DNA of 64,000 nt from Patescibacteria group bacterium (GCA_018826905.1 JAHJYC010000004.1:62674-126673); one strand, 5' to 3'; shown: positions 9,574 through 17,380, counted from the first letter of the stretch. Notes: generated from the letters alone by a model not told the origin. Translations and numbers: made by a program.

Positions 9574-9623
9574 GCCGTCTCCTTTCTCTAACTAGAGAAC
9601 CATTTAGGAGACGGCTTTTTTAT
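9574..9623 (+). terminator. Rho-independent terminator (GCCGTCTCC...GGAGACGGC plus TTTTTT)
   Basis: Long inverted repeat followed by T-run after the 9338-9568 gene. Confidence 0.7.
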
Positions 9624-9647
9624 TGCTAGCTGGGACGACGTGGGCCC
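9622..9647 (+). repeat. island repeat copy (shortened: TTGCTAGCTGGGACGACGTGGGCCC)
   Basis: Abuts the stop codon of the 9647-10294 gene. Confidence 0.55.
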
Positions 9648-10294
9648 TACTTCTTTCTGCCAACAAATCGCACGAGGTTTGAATTTCCAACGGCACGATC
9701 CTTGAAGGTCTCGCCGGACTCATCGAGAATCTCTGTCTCAAAGTCTTCTGTAAATCTTTTTAGGGAGTCTGCACTGAAATAGCGCTTCTTAATACCGTTC
9801 ACAACAAAGTAATCATCCTCTATGCGCTCACCATTTCCATACTCTGAATCATGTACCGAGTTAAGAAGGAGGGTTAGCACGCCGTTTCGCTTCAGTACAC
9901 GAGCAAACTCTTTCATGATCTGCTGTGTGGTCTCTGAAGAGAAGTAGTGTGCAGCAAGATGGCAATGCACAACATCAAATTCAGCATCCGGGAATGGTAG
10001 GGACTCCGCAAGATCAGCCTGGATAAAGGTCACACGATCCTTTAGTTCTGCAGAAGTCTTTTCAATGGCTCTCGCGATACCTTCTGAGGCAAAATCTATT
10101 CCTATAACTTCGTAGCCCTTACTAGCGAAAAATCGGGAGTCTTGTCCTTGTCCGCAGCCGGCATCAAGTACCTTTCCCTCACTCGGAAAGTATTCCAACA
10201 CTGACTCTGCAAACATGGTCGGCTTGTGGATCCACTCTGCATCAGAGTACTTCTCGTGCGCTCCTTCCCAATACTGTCTTGGTTCTCTTTCCAT
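9647..10294 (-). CDS. class I SAM-dependent methyltransferase
   Basis: VLDAGCGQGQD motif I; acidic motif II (VIGIDFA). Confidence 0.8.
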   Translation of the reverse strand: MEREPRQYWEGAHEKYSDAEWIHKPTMFAESVLEYFPSEGKVLDAGCGQGQDSRFFASKGYEVIGIDFASEGIARAIEKTSAELKDRVTFIQADLAESLPFPDAEFDVVHCHLAAHYFSSETTQQIMKEFARVLKRNGVLTLLLNSVHDSEYGNGERIEDDYFVVNGIKKRYFSADSLKRFTEDFETEILDESGETFKDRAVGNSNLVRFVGRKK

Positions 10295-10311
10295 ATAGGG
10301 ATATTACACTA

Positions 10312-10338
10312 GCCGGGGGTCTTGGACGGTGTTGGAAC
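10312..10338 (+). repeat. island repeat copy b
   Basis: GCCGGGGGTCTTGGACGGTGTTGGAAC. Confidence 0.75.
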
Positions 10339-10340
10339 TT

Positions 10341-10757
10341 TTATCCAGTTGAATCCGTTATGCGAACCATCCGGTCAATGAACCAGAACTTAAGGGTCAT
10401 AGCGAGGAGCCCAGCAAATATCATAATCAGAATCTCTTGCTGCCAACTGAAGTATAAGAAAGCTGCAAACGTTGGAACATTGAGAATATTGAGCAGGGTC
10501 GGTAGATCTTTCTTAAGCTTCTTCCCGTCTTTGTAGTAGAGTTGCTCACCAAGCACACCTTTGCTCATCCAGTTATCTACACTTATGGGCTTTGGAAATA
10601 GCATCGGATTGACGATGAGCCAAATGATGGTTGCTCCAAGAATCCAGAAACTATGAAAATAGAGTCCAACCGCAAGCGCAGGCATAGACAGCGCGCGCGT
10701 CCATCCACTCCACGGATTCGCGTGCCGTTCCCATGTACGCTCTGAAAGAATCGCCAT
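10341..10757 (-). CDS. integral membrane hypothetical protein
   Basis: Multiple TM helices; no known motif. Confidence 0.5.
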   Translation of the reverse strand: MAILSERTWERHANPWSGWTRALSMPALAVGLYFHSFWILGATIIWLIVNPMLFPKPISVDNWMSKGVLGEQLYYKDGKKLKKDLPTLLNILNVPTFAAFLYFSWQQEILIMIFAGLLAMTLKFWFIDRMVRITDSTG

Positions 10758-10790
10758 AGATCTTATTTTAACAGGCAGAGGCCATAAAAT

Positions 10791-10817
10791 TGCCGGAAGG
10801 TGGGGCGATGTTGGGGC
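10791..10817 (+). repeat. island repeat copy i (degenerate)
   Basis: TGCCGGAAGGTGGGGCGATGTTGGGGC. Confidence 0.65.
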
Positions 10818-10824
10818 AAATTAA

Positions 10825-11517
10825 CTAAATCTTAGTACCTCCAATAACTATAAAGATTGGATCTCTTAACTCTTCTAACTTAGCTCCCATGTACTTGATT
10901 AAGCTCACATGAAGTCCTGCATCCTGAAGCGCGGATCGTATTTCTTCAAGCGAATGCTGATACATTATGTTTTTTGAAAGAGAGTTTACAGGTATGTTTA
11001 CTTTCCCAACTAATTTTTTGCCTTCCTTTTGAGGATTTTCATAAAACGACTCCCATGTTTCGTATGCGCTGGGATTTGCTGAAACAATAAGAAACTTTCC
11101 TTGTGGCTTTAATATGCGACTCATCTCTTCAGAAGATCTTTTAAGATTCTCTAGATGAAAAAGTACGTTTATTGAAAAGACTGCTTCAGCAGATTCATCA
11201 TCTAGTGGTACATCGTATGCGTCACCAACTATAAATAGTCGGTTTGGGGCAGAATATTTCTCTTTCGCTCTTTCAACAAGAATTTGTGACGGTTCTATTC
11301 CAATATACTTTGCATTTGACTCAAGCTTTTCTGCGCATATTCCTTGTCCTGCTCCTATCTCAACGACGGTATTTGATACTTGCAAAGAGGACGCCCAGAT
11401 CTTTAAGTACGGGTAGACTTCCCTGTCCCTAGTTCTCCCCTTTTCATTTTCTACGCTACTTATCCACTCATTAGCAACTTGAGCGTTGGTAAAGGGATTT
11501 TCTTCTTGGTGCTGCAT
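10825..11517 (-). CDS. class I SAM-dependent methyltransferase
   Basis: VVEIGAGQGICAEKL motif I; paralogous fold to the 9647 gene. Confidence 0.75.
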   Translation of the reverse strand: MQHQEENPFTNAQVANEWISSVENEKGRTRDREVYPYLKIWASSLQVSNTVVEIGAGQGICAEKLESNAKYIGIEPSQILVERAKEKYSAPNRLFIVGDAYDVPLDDESAEAVFSINVLFHLENLKRSSEEMSRILKPQGKFLIVSANPSAYETWESFYENPQKEGKKLVGKVNIPVNSLSKNIMYQHSLEEIRSALQDAGLHVSLIKYMGAKLEELRDPIFIVIGGTKI

Positions 11518-11544
11518 ATTTGCTGAATCTTAGCACTACTATTG

Positions 11545-11571
11545 GCTGGCGGTCTGGGACGATCTTGGAAA
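11545..11571 (+). repeat. island repeat copy c
   Basis: GGCTGGCGGTCTGGGACGATCTTGGAAA. Confidence 0.75.
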
Positions 11572-11579
11572 TTACTTAA

Positions 11580-12125
11580 CTACGCTAGTTTATATTCCCA
11601 ACCCGGTTTCCAAGATTTAGTTTTGCGCCAGTCATTCGCGAGAGCTTCGTCCCAAGTCATTCCCTTGATGATGACGTCTAGTGCAAGCTGAGGTGCCTTA
11701 TGGCCCACTAGTGCTACATGTTTGTCATCGTAATTGTCTTTAAGAAATTCAAGAAAATCAGCGACACGGTTCTTAACATCCTCATAACTCTCGCCACCAG
11801 GAAATTGCTTGAAATGCATTTCATTCTCTTGCAGTGGTTCTACTATTTCAGATGCTTCTCCGTTCAGCTCTCCATAGTTGCATTCACGAAGACGTGCATC
11901 AGGAATAATTTCGTACATGCCGCCCCATGCAAGTTCTGCAGACACTCGGGCGCGTTGTAAGTCAGAACAAAATACTACGTCAAAATGCATATCCTTGGTT
12001 TGCTCTTTAAGAGCTTTTGCTTGCTGAATGCCTAACTCTGAGAGAGTAGCATCAGACCAGCCTGAAGAAATCTCATTCTGATTGTCTACGGTTGTTCCGT
12101 GGACAAAGTAAGTGATCTTGATCAT
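11580..12125 (-). CDS. histidine phosphatase family protein (phosphoglycerate-mutase-like)
   Basis: N-terminal catalytic HG motif (FVHGTT) and family fold. Confidence 0.65.
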   Translation of the reverse strand: MIKITYFVHGTTVDNQNEISSGWSDATLSELGIQQAKALKEQTKDMHFDVVFCSDLQRARVSAELAWGGMYEIIPDARLRECNYGELNGEASEIVEPLQENEMHFKQFPGGESYEDVKNRVADFLEFLKDNYDDKHVALVGHKAPQLALDVIIKGMTWDEALANDWRKTKSWKPGWEYKLA

Positions 12126-12149
12126 AGAGAAAATCTAGCATGAATTTTA

Positions 12150-12180
12150 CGTGCAGGGAGTACGAAACTATGTTGGAAGC
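12150..12180 (+). repeat. island repeat copy d (degenerate)
   Basis: CGTGCAGGGAGTACGAAACTATGTTGGAAGC; overlaps the stop of the 12180 gene. Confidence 0.65.
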
Positions 12181-12608
12181 TATTTCCGTAGAACTTCTTG
12201 AATCCTTAGCGCAACCTCATCAAACCTGTCTTTGTCGTCTAGTCGCTCCCGGATCTCAGGAAGAGTAAGCCAATGTCCTCCTTTACCCTCTCGAACATCG
12301 AATTCTTTGCGATCAGTTTGATATAGGTACATATAGCGGATGATTTTCTTCCCGTCCCAATCAGTTTCGGATATGCCTAAATATTGAAGATCATTTTCAC
12401 TGATTTCAATAGTGAGCTCTTCGCAACTTTCACGGATTACTGTTTCAACAGGAGTCTCATCCTTCTCCATTCCGCCTCCAAAATATCCCCAATCTGGTTT
12501 CTTATGACCGCGCCTATCTTGAATATAAATTTTCCCTTCTGGGTTAAGGGGAAGAATCAGAGCTTTGTGAGCATCGAATGGACCTCCTATCTCCTTACCT
12601 ATATGCAT
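12180..12608 (-). CDS. NUDIX hydrolase
   Basis: Nudix box GGGMEKDETPVETVIRESCEELTIE. Confidence 0.8.
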   Translation of the reverse strand: MHIGKEIGGPFDAHKALILPLNPEGKIYIQDRRGHKKPDWGYFGGGMEKDETPVETVIRESCEELTIEISENDLQYLGISETDWDGKKIIRYMYLYQTDRKEFDVREGKGGHWLTLPEIRERLDDKDRFDEVALRIQEVLRK

Positions 12609-12630
12609 GAAGGAATTGTATCAAACATTG

Positions 12631-12657
12631 TTGGCAGCCTGAGACAATGATGGAACC
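12631..12657 (+). repeat. island repeat copy e (degenerate)
   Basis: TTGGCAGCCTGAGACAATGATGGAACC. Confidence 0.65.
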
Positions 12658-12676
12658 TATCTAAGAGAAAACTTTG

Positions 12677-12705
12677 TTTGACAAATTGCTTGTTTCAGGT
12701 TTAAT
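12677..12705 (+). promoter_or_regulatory. sigma70 promoter TTGACA-N17-TTAATA for the zinc-ribbon gene
   Basis: Perfect -35 hexamer with 17-nt spacer upstream of the GGAGG SD. Confidence 0.5.
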
Positions 12706-12758
12706 ATGTTGTACTTCCTTAAGCAACGGAGGGTTGGGAGGAACAGTGCCGAAGATTT

Positions 12759-12973
12759 ATCTGCTCATTCTGGGAATCTGTGCTGTCGGGTTTGCCGTCT
12801 GGTATGTGAAAGGACGGCACCACCACCAGTGCGACGAATGTGGACATCAGTGGAAACATGGTCCCATCTTCGCTGGCAACAAAGGGGCCCATACGTGCAA
12901 GCGTTGCGGCGAAGTGCAATGGTGGGGCTCCTACCTCTCTATCCTCGGACGCTTGGGCTTGCGAGAGAGGTAG
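12759..12973 (+). CDS. small membrane-anchored zinc-ribbon protein
   Basis: GGAGG SD then GTG; one TM helix followed by CDEC...CKRC motif; hairpin terminator. Start chosen over the track's TTG at 12674. Confidence 0.45.
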
Positions 12974-12998
12974 TCATACCTGCCTTACAGATTTAACT

Positions 12999-13032
12999 CC
13001 GCATGCGAAGCTTTCGCATGCGGTTTTCTTTT
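12999..13032 (+). terminator. Rho-independent terminator (11-bp perfect stem CCGCATGCGAA/TTCGCATGCGG plus T-run)
   Basis: Perfect inverted repeat followed by TTTTCTTTT. Confidence 0.75.
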
Positions 13033-13038
13033 ATACTG

Positions 13039-13069
13039 ATTGCTGGCCGTATGAGACGATGCTGGAACT
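13039..13069 (+). repeat. island repeat copy h
   Basis: TTGCTGGCCGTATGAGACGATGCTGGAACT; abuts the stop of the 13071 gene. Confidence 0.7.
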
Positions 13070-13070
13070 A

Positions 13071-13583
13071 TTACGAATTCATATATTCTTCAAGGAAAGT
13101 TATCTCGCGCTTCAGGATAAAATTCCCCTCGTACTTCTTTGGCTCATCCGTCTTCATTTTCGCTAACACTTCTCCCGGAGTAATCCATAGAGTAGTCTGT
13201 CCTTCCTCAATTTCACCTTCCTCTAGCTTTGGTGTTCCGATAGCACCGACTACTTGAGCTACGAAGCAGAAAGAGATATGTAACAGACTCAACTTGTTTC
13301 TGTATTCAATACACATGCCGAGCGGGTTTAGGATCTTAGAATCACACCCTACTTCTTCAAGAATCTCTCGCTTCAAGGCTTCTTCCAAAGACTCACCTGG
13401 ATCTACTCCTCCTCCCGGAAGCTTGTGGTAAGTATAGTTTTGAAGATACTGAGTTGCCATTCTTCCCTCGGAGTCTAGAAGAATCGCACGTGCACTTTTG
13501 CGCAGCGTGTAGGCACTATTCAATTGTTCGAATTGGTCACTTAGACCTAATGACCCATCACTGATTTCGGTAAGAAGTCTCAT
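13071..13583 (-). CDS. NUDIX hydrolase
   Basis: Nudix box GGGVDPGESLEEALKREILEEVGC. Confidence 0.8.
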   Translation of the reverse strand: MRLLTEISDGSLGLSDQFEQLNSAYTLRKSARAILLDSEGRMATQYLQNYTYHKLPGGGVDPGESLEEALKREILEEVGCDSKILNPLGMCIEYRNKLSLLHISFCFVAQVVGAIGTPKLEEGEIEEGQTTLWITPGEVLAKMKTDEPKKYEGNFILKREITFLEEYMNS

Positions 13584-13604
13584 ATCTCAATATGGTATCA
13601 AACA

Positions 13605-13634
13605 TTGCTGGGAGTGTGGGACGATGTTGGAACC
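13605..13634 (+). repeat. island repeat copy f (near-consensus)
   Basis: TTGCTGGGAGTGTGGGACGATGTTGGAACC. Confidence 0.85.
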
Positions 13635-13680
13635 CTTATAGCGGCGTGCTAGTGTGCGCTCAGGGAAGGAGGAGTTCCTC

Positions 13681-13989
13681 ATGATACTTGTTGAAGACGC
13701 TACCGGAAGAAGGTCGCTGCGGTACGGCCCGTATGAGCGCGTCTTGAAGACGGCAGGCTACCATGCTCTGGCTGTATTCATTGTCATTGCTGGCTTCCTT
13801 GTAACCTTCGCCATGATGGCCTCAGCGCCAGCACTGAAGTCCGCTGCAGGCTTAATTGCTTTTGCCATCCTCGCCGCAGCGTCCAGACCCTATATCTTGG
13901 CTTGCGAGGTCTGGAGGTACAACGAGGCTGAAGATGATGTCGCCCTGTTCCGGAAAACCGGCAACGCTATGCCGCTCTTCCTCAAATAG
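13681..13989 (+). CDS. small integral membrane protein
   Basis: GGAAGGAGGAG SD then ATG (MILVED...); two TM helices. Confidence 0.5.
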   Translation: MILVEDATGRRSLRYGPYERVLKTAGYHALAVFIVIAGFLVTFAMMASAPALKSAAGLIAFAILAAASRPYILACEVWRYNEAEDDVALFRKTGNAMPLFLK

Positions 13990-14053
13990 ACGCGAAGAGC
14001 GGACGAGCACCACGACCCGACACGAAAGTGCTGGGTCTTTTTCTTTGGGTTAT

Positions 14054-14081
14054 TTGCTGGTTCTCTAGACGATGCTGGAAC
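14054..14081 (+). repeat. island repeat copy j
   Basis: TTGCTGGTTCTCTAGACGATGCTGGAAC; in tandem with copy k with no gene between. Confidence 0.7.
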
Positions 14082-14105
14082 GCTTACAACCATCTCTTAT
14101 CCTGT

Positions 14106-14135
14106 TAGCTGGCAGTCTGGGACGATGTTGGAACC
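14106..14135 (+). repeat. island repeat copy k (near-consensus)
   Basis: TAGCTGGCAGTCTGGGACGATGTTGGAACC; abuts the stop of the 14139 gene. Confidence 0.85.
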
Positions 14136-14138
14136 TTC

Positions 14139-14468
14139 CTAGAAAAGCAAACCCAAAAGTTCGTAGAAGGTCAGTCCGAGCACTGCACTAACGCCCATGA
14201 GCATTAAGAGCAATAACATTCCTATAATTGGAAGTAGACGGAATGCGAATCCGAACCAAAAGTCTATTGGTTCATGTTTTCTGCTTACATACTTCGGCAT
14301 TCCCGTTGAGTACCAAAAGGATCTAGTCAAAGATTGAAAGAATGGAAAACGAGCAGCTCCCATTATTCTTCCTTCTCTTATATGACCGTATATAAGAGCT
14401 CCAGAAAGTAGTAGAGGTACTGCGACAATTATTACTATAAGAAGTATAGATTGCAGAGGAATATCCAT
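14139..14468 (-). CDS. small integral membrane hypothetical protein
   Basis: Three TM helices; leaderless (TAGATT 6 nt upstream of ATG). Confidence 0.5.
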   Translation of the reverse strand: MDIPLQSILLIVIIVAVPLLLSGALIYGHIREGRIMGAARFPFFQSLTRSFWYSTGMPKYVSRKHEPIDFWFGFAFRLLPIIGMLLLLMLMGVSAVLGLTFYELLGLLF

Positions 14469-14491
14469 ATCATGAATCTAGCACAGAAGTG

Positions 14492-14521
14492 TTGCTGGGT
14501 ATCTGGGACGATGTTGGAACC
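14492..14521 (+). repeat. island repeat copy g (consensus)
   Basis: TTGCTGGGTATCTGGGACGATGTTGGAACC; overlaps the stop of the 14521 gene. Confidence 0.85.
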
Positions 14522-14855
14522 TACGTCTTAGAACTATCTAGCGATAAGTCTTCTGAATCCAAGTTTGCTCTGGCTTCTGCTTGGGTTAGATAGTCCAGAA
14601 TTTCTAACTGAGATGCCTTTCCGGCTATTTCTCCTCCTTCTTTTCTATCAACAAAGCGACCGGTATCTGTTACAAATCCATCTTCTATTGGTTCTTTCGA
14701 CTCAAGCCAGTCTGGATGATCCTTCTCCATTTCAGCAACAGCATCCACATGCCCCACACCGGTGTACCTCTGGCCACGAAAAATAATAGCTGAGGCTACA
14801 ACTTTCTCTGGAGGTCTATTTCCAGACTCGGTAGTTAGTTTTTCCATTCTGGAAA
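14521..14855 (-). CDS. hypothetical protein (start moved to MEK... because the track's N-terminus is encoded by the repeat)
   Basis: TATACT -10 box 7 nt upstream of the internal ATG; the upstream part of the track ORF is the translated repeat copy. Confidence 0.45.
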
Positions 14856-14876
14856 GTATACCTGATTGGTTTGGCT

Positions 14877-14905
14877 GGGGGTGGGACGATGTTGGAGCCA
14901 CTATG
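14877..14905 (+). repeat. island repeat copy g'
   Basis: TTGGCTGGGGGTGGGACGATGTTGGAGCC. Confidence 0.8.
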
Positions 14906-14967
14906 CCTTGCGATTTAAGTAACTATATTGCATAGTGTTCCTGACATTGAACCTTTGGGAGTGTGCT

Positions 14968-15186
14968 ATGGAGTACCGTCCTCTTACGGAAGAAGAGATC
15001 GGCCGGAGCGAAAACGATTTTCTCATCGATGCCTTTCTGCTGGCAAAACGCCATTTCGACGTCCTCGGCGTATCGAGGGCGGATGCAGAGGATGCTGAGC
15101 GACAGTCGTTACTGATTCGCAAGGAGATACTGAAGCGTATGGCGGCCAGCCGCCGAGAGTGGGAAGGCGCCTTTGATACCGGGTGA
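14968..15186 (+). CDS. small hypothetical protein
   Basis: GGGAG SD-like then ATG (MEYRPLTEEE...). Confidence 0.4.
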   Translation: MEYRPLTEEEIGRSENDFLIDAFLLAKRHFDVLGVSRADAEDAERQSLLIRKEILKRMAASRREWEGAFDTG

Positions 15187-15291
15187 GTATTAAGGGGATC
15201 CCGAAAACGCTAGAGTGAACCCTGAGCTGACAACTAATACTAAGAGCGAACATTGCTTGGCGCGGATTAAGACATCCGCGCTTTTATTTGC

Positions 15292-15360
15292 TGGGAGACT
15301 AGGGATCGAACCTAGATTCACGGCTTCAAAGGCCGCTGTCCTACCATTAGACGATCTCCC
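15292..15360 (-). tRNA. tRNA-Gln (anticodon UUG)
   Basis: Minus-strand cloverleaf, T-loop GGTTCGATCC, anticodon loop CUUUGAA; CCA not encoded. Confidence 0.7.
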
Positions 15361-15366
15361 AATTCC

Positions 15367-16401
15367 CTAATCCTGCCTGGAAATGGCGAGCACTGCAAGT
15401 TCTAGCGGCAGTGCTGGAACTGGGGAAAACCGGATACGTGCTGCCGCGTCAAGAAATACAGCAAGTGTGCTGTGCGTAAGAAAAGAATCTTTAGCGTCTG
15501 AAATAGCTTTTGCCTCTTTATACGCGTCTTCACCTAGTTCACTTTGTATCTCTTTTTGTAGATCTGGAGCGTGTCGTATGAGAAGAATCTGGCGTGTATA
15601 TTCAAGCACGAGCATGAGGTACAACTGCATATCTATGTTCCCTTCTTCAGCTGTATGGATTGTTAAGAGAGCCTTCCCTGTATCCCCAAACGAGAGCGCC
15701 TCTACAAGACCATGCACAAGCGCATGGCGCGGAGCGCCTGTTGCTTGTTCCGTTTGCTCGCGAGAAAGCGTCTTTCCGTCTCCCACAGAAAGTGCCTTTT
15801 CTAGAACAGAAAGTGCATCACGGTATGATCCGTCTCCAAGGAGGGCTATAAGCTCAGCAGCAGCGGGCTCAATAGTAACTCCTTCCTTCTTAGAAACATC
15901 CTGCACAAGCTTAGCAAGGCCCTGACGAGTAGGCTTCTTAAATACAAACACCTGGCAACGGGAACGAACAGTCTCTGGCACTTTATCAAGCTCAGTGGTA
16001 GCAAGGACAATAATGACGTGTTGCGGAGGCTCTTCAAGCGTCTTCAAAAGTGCATTCCACGCACCCTTAGAAAGCATGTGTGCCTCGTCCAAAATGTACA
16101 TCTTGTACTCTGAAGCAAACGGCAATGTGTAGATGCTGTCATTCAGATTACGCATCTCATCAACTCCATTATTGGAAGCAGCATCAAGCTCATACACATC
16201 TCGCTCATGAATCTTAAGTTCAGAGGCAAAGATACGTGCAATTGAGGTCTTTCCAAGACCACGAGAGCCTGCAAACAAATAGGCGTGCCCTATCTTTTTG
16301 TTCTCAAGCTGAGACTGAAGCGGTGTAACTACTTCCTCTTGTCCCACAATCTCTTTAAAGGTGTGTGGGCGGTACGCTCTGTATAGCGACTGGTGTCTCA
16401 T
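15367..16401 (-). CDS. dnaX: DNA polymerase III subunit gamma/tau (short form)
   Basis: AAA+ clamp-loader motifs (YRPHTFKEIVGQE, LFAGSRGLGKTS, SRC-like box); start at internal Met MRHQSLY. Confidence 0.85.
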   Translation of the reverse strand: MRHQSLYRAYRPHTFKEIVGQEEVVTPLQSQLENKKIGHAYLFAGSRGLGKTSIARIFASELKIHERDVYELDAASNNGVDEMRNLNDSIYTLPFASEYKMYILDEAHMLSKGAWNALLKTLEEPPQHVIIVLATTELDKVPETVRSRCQVFVFKKPTRQGLAKLVQDVSKKEGVTIEPAAAELIALLGDGSYRDALSVLEKALSVGDGKTLSREQTEQATGAPRHALVHGLVEALSFGDTGKALLTIHTAEEGNIDMQLYLMLVLEYTRQILLIRHAPDLQKEIQSELGEDAYKEAKAISDAKDSFLTHSTLAVFLDAAARIRFSPVPALPLELAVLAISRQD

Positions 16402-16408
16402 ACGAGGA

Positions 16409-17380
16409 TTATACCAGCTTGTGCCTCTGCAGAACTGCCTCAAGCTCCTCTCTGCTTCCTGTCTGCATAAGTTCAGACCGCAGCTCAGAGGCTCCCGGCC
16501 AACCCTGAACAAATGCTTTAAAATGCTTTTTAAGAATATGAAAATGCTTGGCCGGGGAAAGCTCTGAAAAATATTCAGCAAGTGTACGAAGCGCCTGTAT
16601 ACGCTCTTCTGGAGTTATGTCTGAGAGCTCTCTTCCTGTGAAGAGCCAAGGGTTTCCGAAAACTGCTCTTCCAAGCATTACACCGTCACACCCTGTCTCA
16701 TCAACTTTTTGCTTTGCCTCAGCAAGGGTTTTTATATCTCCATTTCCAAGAACTAACGTATTCGGGCTGTATGTGTCGCGAAGCGCTACCACTCGCTCCA
16801 TCAATTCCCAGTGCGCTGGTACGTTAGACATTTCTTTGCGCGTTCGCAGGTGCACGGTGAGTGCTTCTGGAGCCTCTGAAAGAAGTTCAGGGATCCACTC
16901 ATCTAACGTCTCTTGGTTATACCCAATACGAGTTTTAACAGACACCGGAAGTCCTGATTCTCGTGCTGCTCTCACAATTGCTTTTGCATTCTCAGGGTTC
17001 TTTATCATCGCTGCTCCACAACCCTGCTTTTCAATTGAACGGTCAGGACAACCCATGTTTATGTCTACTCCATCAAACCCGAGTTCAGCACACAGCGTTG
17101 CTGCGTACGACATCATTTCAGGCTTAGACGAAAACAGCTGCGCCACGATTGGGCGTTCATACTCCCCAAATTGCAGATCCCGCATGAGAGGATTCTCAGC
17201 GTCTGTCATTCCTGCCTTTTCTCGTGTGTGATAAAGCCCGTCTGCAGAGACAAACTCTGTCCACATAACAGAAGGGGTGGCATGCTCCGCTATAAGCCTG
17301 CGGTACGCAGGATCAGTCACATCAGCCATTGGAGCGAGCACAAACAATGGCTTCTCAAGCTTTTGCCAAAATGATTCCAT
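16409..17380 (-). CDS. dus: tRNA-dihydrouridine synthase
   Basis: LAPMADVTD N-terminal motif and TIM-barrel Dus family sequence. Confidence 0.85.
   Translation of the reverse strand: MESFWQKLEKPLFVLAPMADVTDPAYRRLIAEHATPSVMWTEFVSADGLYHTREKAGMTDAENPLMRDLQFGEYERPIVAQLFSSKPEMMSYAATLCAELGFDGVDINMGCPDRSIEKQGCGAAMIKNPENAKAIVRAARESGLPVSVKTRIGYNQETLDEWIPELLSEAPEALTVHLRTRKEMSNVPAHWELMERVVALRDTYSPNTLVLGNGDIKTLAEAKQKVDETGCDGVMLGRAVFGNPWLFTGRELSDITPEERIQALRTLAEYFSELSPAKHFHILKKHFKAFVQGWPGASELRSELMQTGSREELEAVLQRHKLV

Noticed and set aside
8946-14905. CRISPR array interpretation of the 30-bp repeats
   Set aside because: The units between repeats are 250-700-bp protein-coding genes, not 25-50-bp spacers. 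The repeats are not evenly spaced, and no cas genes are present.
8946-14905. Classical integron (attC sites)
   Set aside because: attC sites are 57-141-bp imperfect hairpins with little primary-sequence conservation. Here the element is ~30 bp, highly sequence-conserved, and not palindromic, and no intI-like tyrosine recombinase is in the window. Kept only as an analogy.
8946-14905. parS / ParB binding sites (GTTCCAAC resembles the parS half-site tGTTcCAC)
   Set aside because: The motif is not a 16-bp palindrome, and its 14 copies are confined to one island rather than spread around the origin region.
8946-14905. Repeat acting as a -35 element of a sigma70 or ECF-sigma promoter
   Set aside because: Distance from the repeat to the -10 box varies from 2 to 11 nt among copies. 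Several copies face terminators with no downstream gene. A GGAAC/CGTC ECF-type spacing is not satisfied.
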